From: Pseudomonadales bacterium
GTDB taxonomy: Bacteria; Pseudomonadota; Gammaproteobacteria; Pseudomonadales; JANQJO01
DNA: 62,525 nucleotides
Reading direction: 5' to 3'
NCBI GenBank assembly: GCA_028281605.1
Contig: JANQJO010000085.1
Location: 1-62,525 of the forward strand
Position numbers and translations under genes: made by a program. Below the pieces are notes generated by a model. It searched no databases, was not told the origin of the DNA, and saw nothing but the letters and a program-made list of their open reading frames with translations. How positions within the stretch are numbered: the stretch's first letter is position 1; every line of letters begins with the position of its first letter. This document shows, piece after piece, positions 45,705 through 53,724 of this stretch.

Positions 45705-45884
45705 CTATTCTTGCAGGTTTGCAGTTTTTTTTTCAGTGTCGTTTGTTTTTGTATTTGTAGGCTCTAGAGATGCTATCGAAGTAGGGGGATGATACAACGG
45801 ACCTTTTTGACCACAACTGAGTTGGCATGCTATACAAGACATGAGAATTAAGCGGCTAAGTAGGTGTATCGGTCGATGCAACAT
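45705..45884 (-). CDS. lptM: Small lipoprotein LptM/YifL (LppL-like); 59 aa, below the ORF-track cutoff
   Basis: My translation is MLHRPIHLLSRLILMSCIACQLSCGQKGPLYHPP...ANLQE*. It has the CGQKGPLY signature and the conserved position upstream of lysA. Confidence 0.75.
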   Translation of the reverse strand: MLHRPIHLLSRLILMSCIACQLSCGQKGPLYHPPTSIASLEPTNTKTNDTEKKTANLQE

Positions 45885-45955
45885 CGAAAAGTCTCTTTGT
45901 TAGGGTGAAAGTGATTGAAAGTGATTACAGTATTTCGTGCTCGTTCCTTAGTTCA

Positions 45956-46222
45956 TTAGGGTGGTGTATATCCTTCTATGTGATCCATGACTTCATTATT
46001 AAAAAATTTTGTACGTTGTTTTTTTAAATAAGTTTGAGCGTTCGGGTCAATCAATTGTAAATTTCTTTCGTTGATGAGCATAGTTTGCATTTTTAGCCAT
46101 TCTTGCCATGCTTGCTGTGAAATTGTTGTAAAAATAGTTTGTCCTTCAGGGCCTGGGAAAGGGGGGTGCTCTAGGCCTGGCAAGGACTTTTGATATTTTT
46201 GGCAAAAAACTGTTTTTGGCAT
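45956..46222 (-). CDS. yggX: Fe(2+)-trafficking / oxidative-damage protection protein YggX
   Basis: MPKTVFCQKYQKSLPGLEHPPFPG..G..I...IS..AW.EW...QTMLINE..L. Confidence 0.9.
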   Translation of the reverse strand: MPKTVFCQKYQKSLPGLEHPPFPGPEGQTIFTTISQQAWQEWLKMQTMLINERNLQLIDPNAQTYLKKQRTKFFNNEVMDHIEGYTPP

Positions 46223-46362
46223 ATATGTTCCTGCAGTATTGTTTGTTTTTTAATCGCTCTTTTGGGTTGCGAGGGTATAGTTTACCATTTTTTGCTATTA
46301 TGTGGGTATTTTGCTGATTGAAAGCCCTTGTAGTCAAAATTTATGTTTTTTCAAATCACACT

Positions 46363-47892
46363 TCAAGTGACATTACTCAAAAATAACCGATAAGCATCAT
46401 TATGAGTTTCTTCCCAAAAACGATAGCCCAGTTTATTCAAAGCCAAAGACAATGCTTCTTTATCACTGACATCATCAGACACTTCCAACCCAACCAAAAC
46501 ACGTCCATAGGCAGCCCCATGGTTACGGTAATGAAATAAAGTAATGTTCCATTTTTGACCCAAACGCGTTAAAAAACGCAATAAAGCACCAGGCCTCTCT
46601 GGAAACTCAAAACGAAACAACAACTCTTGCTTAACTTGAGGCGCCTTACCCCCTACCATATGTCGAATGTGCAACTTAGCCGTTTCATTATCTGTCATAT
46701 TCAAAGTCTCAAAGCCCTGTTGCTTAAGCTTTTCCAATAAAGGTTGCAAGTCTTGCTGAGCATCCTCCATCGCAACCCCTACATACACTTGCGCTTTGGC
46801 TGAGTTTGCATAACGATAATTAAATTCTGTGATACTCAAACGCCCCAAAGCTTTACAAAAATTCAGAAAACTACCGGGTTTTTCTGTTATAGCTGCCGCA
46901 AAAATCGCTTCTCTGCGCTCTCCTAACTCAGTACGCTCAGAAATATTACGCAACCGATCAAAATTGATATTGGCGCCACTGACGATCGCAATGCAAGTTT
47001 GTGCCTGCATACGTGTGTGTTCTATGTATTTCTTCATACCCGCTACAGCCAGTGCACCTGCAGGCTCAGAAATCGAACGTGTATCTTGAAAAATATCTTT
47101 AATAGCTGCACAAATTTCATCAGTCGTGACCGTCACAACTTTATCAACAGCATCCTTGACCACCTCAAAAGTATGATAACCAATTTGCGCAACAGCAACA
47201 CCATCGGCAAACAAACCCACTTCTGGCAACACTACACGTTCTCCAGCTTCCAATGCCGCTTTTAAACAAGCTGAATCTTCCGCCTCCACACCAATCACTT
47301 GAATAGAAGGACACAAATATTTAACATAGGCAGTGACCCCTGCAATCAAGCCCCCCCCACCCACAGGTACGAAAATAGCCTTTGGTTGGTTCTGGCATTG
47401 CCTCAGTAACTCCATCCCTATTGTCCCCTGACCGGCAATGACCTCTGGATCATCATAAGGATGCACATAAGCGACCCCCAATTGATCCGACAAACGCTGC
47501 GAGTGGGCGAAGGCTTCATCAAAGGTATCACCGTACAAAACAACTTTTGCTCCTAAATTTTTCACAGACTTCACCTTAATCGAAGGCGTGGTAGAAGGCA
47601 TCACAATAGTCGCTTCAATTCCCAGTCTTTGCGCAGCTAAGGCAACGCCTTGCGCATGGTTTCCTGCCGAAGCCGTAATCACTGCTTGCACCTGCTCTTC
47701 ATCAACCAAATGAGCAATCTTGTTATAAGCACCACGACACTTAAAGGAAAAAACCGGCTGTAAATCTTCACGTTTAAGCAAAATACGGTTCTTCAAATGG
47801 CAAGACAAATAATTAGCCACCTCCAAGGGTGACTCTATAGCAACATCATAGACACGAGCCGATAAGATTTTATGAATGTATTGCTCAAACAC
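46363..47892 (-). CDS. ilvA: Biosynthetic threonine ammonia-lyase IlvA
   Basis: PLP motif SFKCRGAYNK, GGGGLIAG, and two C-terminal ACT-like regulatory domains. Confidence 0.95.
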   Translation of the reverse strand: MFEQYIHKILSARVYDVAIESPLEVANYLSCHLKNRILLKREDLQPVFSFKCRGAYNKIAHLVDEEQVQAVITASAGNHAQGVALAAQRLGIEATIVMPSTTPSIKVKSVKNLGAKVVLYGDTFDEAFAHSQRLSDQLGVAYVHPYDDPEVIAGQGTIGMELLRQCQNQPKAIFVPVGGGGLIAGVTAYVKYLCPSIQVIGVEAEDSACLKAALEAGERVVLPEVGLFADGVAVAQIGYHTFEVVKDAVDKVVTVTTDEICAAIKDIFQDTRSISEPAGALAVAGMKKYIEHTRMQAQTCIAIVSGANINFDRLRNISERTELGERREAIFAAAITEKPGSFLNFCKALGRLSITEFNYRYANSAKAQVYVGVAMEDAQQDLQPLLEKLKQQGFETLNMTDNETAKLHIRHMVGGKAPQVKQELLFRFEFPERPGALLRFLTRLGQKWNITLFHYRNHGAAYGRVLVGLEVSDDVSDKEALSLALNKLGYRFWEETHNDAYRLFLSNVT

Positions 47893-48030
47893 TGTTCTAA
47901 CCTACTTAAGGTGTTTCTCTATTGAAGGTTGTCAAAAAAGGCGCTTTCATCAATAATACCCTCGTATTAACTGCCATAAGCTCTCGCATTATCTAGATTA
48001 AGGCTCAATAAATGATAGGATAGTATACAC

Positions 48031-48705
48031 ATGTCGAAAGAAAGCGAAAAGCAATGTGCGGCCAAAGCGGCCATTGACGCCATTAACCCATGGCTCGACA
48101 GCAATACCGTCATTGGCGTGGGCTCAGGATCTACCGTAGCTTATTTTATTGAGTACTTAAGCCACTGTAAGTCTCGTTTAGCTGCTGCCGTCGCTAGCTC
48201 AATCGAAACTGAGCGCTTATTAAAGCAACAAGGCATCCCTGTAATCGACTTAAACACCGCTCCGGAGCTGCCTTTTTACGTAGACGGGGCCGACGAATTT
48301 GATCCCCATTTAAACTTAATAAAGGGAGGTGGTGGTGCTCTAACACGAGAAAAAATCATTGCGGCCTGCGCTAAAGAGTTTATTTGCATTGCTGATCACA
48401 GCAAACGTGTCTCTGTTTTAGGAAAATTTCCACTGCCTGTTGAAGTCATCCCTATGGCCAGAAGTTCAGTTGCCAGAGCTTTGGTTAAATTAAGGGGTAA
48501 CCCAAGCTACAGAGAAGGTTTCACAACAGACAACGGCAATATTATTTTAGATATATACGACCTTAACATTGCAGAACCCTTAGCATTGGAATCCAACATT
48601 AACAACATTACAGGGGTGGTCACAGTCGGTTTATTTGCTCAACGTCGTGCAGATAAAGTGCTCATGGCCAACAAAAATACAATAGAAATTATTAAACCCG
48701 AGTAA
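48031..48705 (+). CDS. rpiA: Ribose-5-phosphate isomerase A
   Basis: IGVGSGSTV, VDGADEFD, and KGGGGALTREK. Confidence 0.95.
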   Translation: MSKESEKQCAAKAAIDAINPWLDSNTVIGVGSGSTVAYFIEYLSHCKSRLAAAVASSIETERLLKQQGIPVIDLNTAPELPFYVDGADEFDPHLNLIKGGGGALTREKIIAACAKEFICIADHSKRVSVLGKFPLPVEVIPMARSSVARALVKLRGNPSYREGFTTDNGNIILDIYDLNIAEPLALESNINNITGVVTVGLFAQRRADKVLMANKNTIEIIKPE

Positions 48706-48724
48706 CCGTCAAGCACAAAAATTG

Positions 48725-49495
48725 ATGATAGATAAAAACCAAATACCTCTGTTTGATTCACACTTACACATTATTGACCCAAAATTTCCACTCGTTGCAA
48801 ATAAGGGTTATATCCCTAACCCTTTTACTGTGGATGATTATAAAAAAAGAACCAACCATTATAAAATATGCGGTGGCGCTGTGGTATCAGGTTCTTTCCA
48901 AGCATTTGACCAATCTTATTTGATCAGTGCATTAAAAAGATTAGGATCATCTTTTGTGGGAGTCACTCAGCTGCCAAACTCTGTATCAGACCAAGAAATT
49001 TTGGAACTTAAATCAATTGGGGTCAGAGCAGTTAGGTTTAATCTGTATCGGGGAGGATCTGAACAAATCAAATTTCTTCCTGAGTTAGCTTCACGGATTT
49101 ATGAGCTTGCTGATTGGCATACTGAATTGTATGTAGATGCTCAACGTTTAACACAAATTGGAGACATGGTGGAAACCTTACCAAAGGTCAGTATTGATCA
49201 CCTTGGACTCAGTAAAGAAGGTTTCCCACAATTATTACGGTTAGTCAGCAAAGGAGTTCATGTCAAAGCATCGGGCTTCAGTCGAGTAAATTTTGATGTT
49301 CTTTCTGCTGTCAAACAAATTTACGATGTCAACCCTGATGCTCTAATGTTTGGCACTGACCTACCTTCTACTAGAGCACCAATACCTTATCAAGACTCAG
49401 ATTTTTCACTGATCTTTGAGGCGCTTGACACTCAAGGGGTCAAAAAGGTCATGAGTGAAAATGCATCTAAATTTTACAGAGTCGATCTAAGTTAA
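48725..49495 (+). CDS. Amidohydrolase-2 family metal-dependent hydrolase
   Basis: FDSHLHIIDP (metal-binding HxH), DHLG, and TDLPS. The ATG lies 3 nt after the TTG used by the track. Confidence 0.7.
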   Translation: MIDKNQIPLFDSHLHIIDPKFPLVANKGYIPNPFTVDDYKKRTNHYKICGGAVVSGSFQAFDQSYLISALKRLGSSFVGVTQLPNSVSDQEILELKSIGVRAVRFNLYRGGSEQIKFLPELASRIYELADWHTELYVDAQRLTQIGDMVETLPKVSIDHLGLSKEGFPQLLRLVSKGVHVKASGFSRVNFDVLSAVKQIYDVNPDALMFGTDLPSTRAPIPYQDSDFSLIFEALDTQGVKKVMSENASKFYRVDLS

Positions 49496-49554
49496 TGATT
49501 TATTAAGAAAAATACAGAAAAATCAATGATATACTCAAACACAGCTAAAGAATC

Positions 49555-49687
49555 GGCCCTATTCATCGTTTCAGCCACGTTGGTCATCATTTCAGCTCCA
49601 AACAGGCTATCCATAGCCTTTACGCGGCCATCCGGGCCACGAGTCGCTTACATGATGACCAACGTGGCTGAAACGATGAATAAGGCC
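49555..49687. repeat. Long inverted repeat (36-bp arms with 1 mismatch; 61-bp spacer) 31 bp upstream of the AAA/PD-(D/E)XK gene
   Basis: ggccctattcatcgtttcagccacgttggtcatcat ... atgatgaccaacgtggctgaaacgatgaataaggcc. The spacer contains the sub-palindrome aggctatccatagcct. Confidence 0.9.
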
Positions 49688-49718
49688 AAAAAATCATTAT
49701 CCTGAAGCAGGGTTAAGC

Positions 49719-51263
49719 ATGAAATATCCAATAGGTATTCAAACATTCTCTGAAATCATTACAGAGAACTATGTCTATATCGACAAAACCGCGCTGATAC
49801 ACCAGCTGATTACACAAGGCAAATGGTACTTTTTGTCTCGCCCCAGACGTTTTGGTAAATCACTGTTGGTTTCCACTTTCGAAACACTATTTCAAGGGAA
49901 AAAACAACTATTTGAACACTTAAGTATAAGCACCACAACGGATTATGCCTTTGAACAACACCCAACCATCAAGCTGGAGTTCACCCAAGCCGAGATTGTT
50001 GATGCCGATGGTTTTCGCAATTTCGTTTCTGAACAGATCCTCGAAGTTGCTGAAGATCAACACATTAACATCACAAGTACACGCTTTGAACGACAGTTTA
50101 AAGAACTGATCACACGGCTTTACAAACAAAGCGGTAAAACGGTGGCTTTATTAATTGATGAATATGACAAACCCATCCTTAATGTTTTAGAAACTGCAGA
50201 GCTAACTGATGTAAAAAATGTCATGAGCACCTTTTATGCTGTGATAAAGTCACTGGATCAATACCTACGTTTTGTATTCATTACTGGAGTTTCCAAATTT
50301 TCAAAAGTCAGTGTTTTTTCAGGCATGAATAACCTGGACGATATCAGCATGGACAGCACTTATGCAACCCTATGTGGATATACTAAACAAGAGCTAACTC
50401 ATTACTTTAATATCGCTGTAGATAAACTCTCACTGAAAATAGGCATCAGCCCAGAAGCCACCTATAAACAAATCGAACAATGGTATAATGGTTACACCTT
50501 TTCAGAAAATTGTGAAGGTGTTTATAACCCGTTTTCAATACTCTCTTTATTTAAAAAAGAAAAGTTCCAAAACTATTGGTTCCAAAGCGCTACTCCTACA
50601 TTTTTAATTGAGCGTTTGAAAGCCAAGAAATATTCACTGTCACAGCTAGATAACTTACGCCTTGCACCAGAAGGGCTCAATTCCAGCGAACCTGAAAATA
50701 CCAGTATACAAGCTTTACTTGTTCAAGCAGGTTACTTAACCATAAAGTCTTGGACAGGGACTTTATATGGGCTTGATTTCCCTAACAAAGAAGTACGTGA
50801 GTCTTTTTACAAATCAATTGTTGAGCAATACGCTTTTATAGAAAAAGGCATTGGCCCAATTTATATTGAGGAGCTGGCGATAGCGTTCAAAAATAAACAG
50901 CTTGATCAAGTTTTCACTACCCTAACACTCTTCTTTGCCAACCTGCCCTACGATATTACAATAGATCAAGAAAAATATTATCAATCTATTTTTTTCGCTG
51001 TTTTTAAATTATTGGGATTTATGATTGAGGTTGAAGTCAGTACTAATAAAGGGCGAATCGACTGTGTTGTACAAACCGACAAGATAATCTATGTGTTGGA
51101 ATTCAAATTACAAGGTAGCAAAGAAGAGGCATTGCAGCAAATCAAAGACAAACACTATACTCAAAAATATCAAGATCAAGGTAAGCAGATTGTTATGTTG
51201 GGAGTGGAATTTAATCAAAAAGAACGTAATATTGGTGAGTGGATTGCTGAGAGTCTAAGTTAA
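49719..51263 (+). CDS. AAA-ATPase-like plus PD-(D/E)XK nuclease (PDDEXK_9) family protein
   Basis: N-terminal IGIQTFSEI...YVYIDKT..I..L....KWYFLSRPRRFGKSL, LIDEYD, and a C-terminal GRIDCVV......YVLEFK nuclease core. Confidence 0.8.
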   Translation: MKYPIGIQTFSEIITENYVYIDKTALIHQLITQGKWYFLSRPRRFGKSLLVSTFETLFQGKKQLFEHLSISTTTDYAFEQHPTIKLEFTQAEIVDADGFRNFVSEQILEVAEDQHINITSTRFERQFKELITRLYKQSGKTVALLIDEYDKPILNVLETAELTDVKNVMSTFYAVIKSLDQYLRFVFITGVSKFSKVSVFSGMNNLDDISMDSTYATLCGYTKQELTHYFNIAVDKLSLKIGISPEATYKQIEQWYNGYTFSENCEGVYNPFSILSLFKKEKFQNYWFQSATPTFLIERLKAKKYSLSQLDNLRLAPEGLNSSEPENTSIQALLVQAGYLTIKSWTGTLYGLDFPNKEVRESFYKSIVEQYAFIEKGIGPIYIEELAIAFKNKQLDQVFTTLTLFFANLPYDITIDQEKYYQSIFFAVFKLLGFMIEVEVSTNKGRIDCVVQTDKIIYVLEFKLQGSKEEALQQIKDKHYTQKYQDQGKQIVMLGVEFNQKERNIGEWIAESLS

Positions 51264-51323
51264 AAATAAGCGATAAACTTCATGTTATCTGGCAAAAATT
51301 CGAGAACTAACACTGTCACAGAA

Positions 51324-51386
51324 AACAGCCATGAGCGATACAATTTTCGTCACCCTAGGTGATGAAAATTGCATTTACACAGTAAT
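51324..51386 (+). repeat. Family-A REP-like element, upstream of and co-directional with the AIM24-family gene
   Basis: aacagccatgagcgatacaattttcgtcaccctaggtgatgaaaattgcatttacacagtaat. Confidence 0.85.
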
Positions 51387-51498
51387 ATTGTTCCGGAAGA
51401 AACACTAGCACAGCACTATAATTTGACTTTTCATTGAAACAAAAACTGTATTAAAATTTTGACTTTTTAACACTTGATGTATCCGGAGGTAAAGCACT

Positions 51499-52302
51499 AT
51501 GGCTATGGATGTTATCGACTATGAAATTTTCGGTGATGATATGCAATACGTTGAAATCGAACTGGACCCTGGAGAAGCCGCCATTGGTGAAGCTGGAGCC
51601 ATGATGATGATGGAAGATGGTATTGAAATGGATACCACTTTTGGTGATGGATCTCAGTCCCCACAGCAAGAAGGTCTCTTTGGTAAGTTGCTCGGTGCCG
51701 GCAAGCGGCTGATAACAGGAGAATCATTGTTTACCACTATTTTTCACAACGAAGGCAAAGGTAAATTACGAGTGGCTTTTGCTGCGCCTCACCCTGGTCA
51801 AATTATTCCCATCGACTTATCCAAAATGGACGGCGAATTTATCTGCCAAAAGGATGCCTTTCTGTGTGCAGCCAGAGGTGTTTCTCTCGGTATTGCTTTT
51901 CAGCGCAAAATAGGCACAGCCTTGTTCGGTGGAGAGGGTTTCATCATGCAACGTTTACAGGGTGATGGTATGGCCTTTGTCCATTCTGGCGGCACTTTGG
52001 CCGAACGCACCCTGGCACCTGGCGAATTGCTAAGAGTCGATACCGGCTGTGTTGTAGGTTTCCAACCCAGCGTCAATTTCGACATTGAATACGTTGGCAA
52101 GTTGAAATCTGCCATCTTTGGTGGTGAAGGGCTTTTCTTTTCCACTTTAAAAGGTCCTGGTAAAGTATGGATACAATCTATGCCCATCTCACGCTTGGCA
52201 GGTCGCATCATTGCTTATGCTCCACAGGCTGGTGGTAACACACGAGGTGAAGGGTCCATTTTAGGTGGTCTAGGTGACTTCATCGACGGGGATGGCCTAT
52301 AA
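51499..52302 (+). CDS. TIGR00266 / AIM24-family protein
   Basis: IDYEIFGDDMQYVEIELDPGEAAIGEAGAMMMMEDGIEMDT and GEGFIMQRLQGDGMAFVHSGG. The RBS is ggaggtaaagcact-ATG. Confidence 0.8.
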   Translation: MAMDVIDYEIFGDDMQYVEIELDPGEAAIGEAGAMMMMEDGIEMDTTFGDGSQSPQQEGLFGKLLGAGKRLITGESLFTTIFHNEGKGKLRVAFAAPHPGQIIPIDLSKMDGEFICQKDAFLCAARGVSLGIAFQRKIGTALFGGEGFIMQRLQGDGMAFVHSGGTLAERTLAPGELLRVDTGCVVGFQPSVNFDIEYVGKLKSAIFGGEGLFFSTLKGPGKVWIQSMPISRLAGRIIAYAPQAGGNTRGEGSILGGLGDFIDGDGL

Positions 52303-52392
52303 AGCATACGATGAGCACTTTCCAATACTCTGCCAATACTCTGCCTAAGGAACGTGTACGAAACAATGGGCGCGGTTCCAAATCTAGGAAAA

Positions 52393-52550
52393 CTTAGGTA
52401 CAGGGTTTCCTAATACTTTTTGATCAACAAAATTGGATAAAAAATGCTTGAAAACGGTCAATTTCGATCAATTTAGGTATAAAAGCATCGAAGGCAAGCA
52501 ATTTAAACCCATATTACTCAAAAAGTACTAGGAAGCCCTGAGCTTAGGTA
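52393..52550. mobile_element. MITE-like element: ~23-bp terminal inverted repeats flanked by an 8-bp direct repeat
   Basis: cttaggta|cagggtttcctaatactttttga ... tcaaaaagtactaggaagccctg|ag|cttaggta. A solo end (cctagtactttttgatcaac) recurs at 32832-32851. Confidence 0.65.
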
Positions 52551-52672
52551 TTCAATCACGACTTGACCACAGTCAATAAACTGGCCAAAACGGGATCAAC
52601 AAATAGCTTTATCGCATATGATCACCCATACTATGTATTACCCATTCATGATTATAAAGATATAAAACTATA

Positions 52673-53275
52673 ATGGCTCATACTTTCCTTACAACCACCT
52701 ACGCAACACTGTTTTTTTTCAGCAGCGTTCTCTCTCACCCAGTGGCTCTAGCACACTTTGCAAAAGGATTGCAAAATAATATCCTTGCATCCAACCTCTC
52801 CAAAGGAGAAGCCCGCATTATCGTTAAACAAGTAGCAGACACCCTCACCCTCGAATACACCACACACCACTGGAATTTACTAGGTTTTGAGCACCATCCT
52901 CAAACAGCCGCCGAACAAACTCGCTTACAAGCTGCTCTCAACCTACTAGAACAACCTCATATCTTATGGATATTTAATACTCAAGCTGACTGCCATGCCC
53001 ATACTTTCAGCATACAATCGGGTTTGTTACTAACACTCAATCAAGGTATGGCTCATAAAGGAACAGACACTTCAACCCAACAAGATAAACACTTTAGCAG
53101 TCGTTATCTTTTTAAGTGCACCAAACCAGAAGCATTACAGGAAATGGATATTCTCATTTTTGACCACTTCCCAATAACAAAGAAGGTCGATCTTCAGTTG
53201 TACCTAAACACTTTACATTCAAGACAAAAAATAACAGCACAGCAACGACCCATACCATTGACAACTTTACCTTAA
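52673..53275 (+). CDS. DUF2796 (ZrgA-like metal-binding) periplasmic protein
   Basis: Signal peptide, and ..LTLEYTTHHWNLLGFEHHPQTAAEQTRLQAALNLLEQP..LW.F...ADC typical of DUF2796. Confidence 0.6.
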   Translation: MAHTFLTTTYATLFFFSSVLSHPVALAHFAKGLQNNILASNLSKGEARIIVKQVADTLTLEYTTHHWNLLGFEHHPQTAAEQTRLQAALNLLEQPHILWIFNTQADCHAHTFSIQSGLLLTLNQGMAHKGTDTSTQQDKHFSSRYLFKCTKPEALQEMDILIFDHFPITKKVDLQLYLNTLHSRQKITAQQRPIPLTTLP

Positions 53276-53420
53276 ACTTTAATATTAGGGTAACCGCCAC
53301 TATCTCTCAATTCGTGTCATACTAATACTTGAAGGGTACGGAACTGTTATGCTTTTTACATATAAAAAGCAGCTAAAAAATAACAGAACGTTCTACCATT
53401 TGCTTTAAGAGGATACTGTA

Positions 53421-53720
53421 ATGCCTATCACTCAAACACTTTTTGCTACTATTAGCCTATTATTTCTCAGTATGAACCCAGCTACTGCAGAAAAAGTTTA
53501 CATTGGTGATCAACAAAACACTTATCAAAACATCAATCGTCCTGAAAAAGGCACCCATGTTAACACAGTATTAGGTCAGTACGGCAACCCCATCCAAAAA
53601 CATGATGCCGTTGGCATACCCCCTATCTCCAAGTGGGTCTATAAAGATTATACGGTTTATTTCGAATATGAGCATGTTATTCATACTGTTATGCACCATC
53701 AACAACACAGTCGAAAGTAA
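53421..53720 (+). CDS. Small secreted hypothetical protein
   Basis: Signal peptide (..LLFLSMNPATAEK). No family assigned. Confidence 0.55.
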   Translation: MPITQTLFATISLLFLSMNPATAEKVYIGDQQNTYQNINRPEKGTHVNTVLGQYGNPIQKHDAVGIPPISKWVYKDYTVYFEYEHVIHTVMHHQQHSRK

Positions 53721-53724
53721 ACGT

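Noticed and set aside
46146-46337. 63-aa minus-strand ORF overlapping the yggX start
   Set aside because: It overlaps a well-supported gene in another frame and has no motif.
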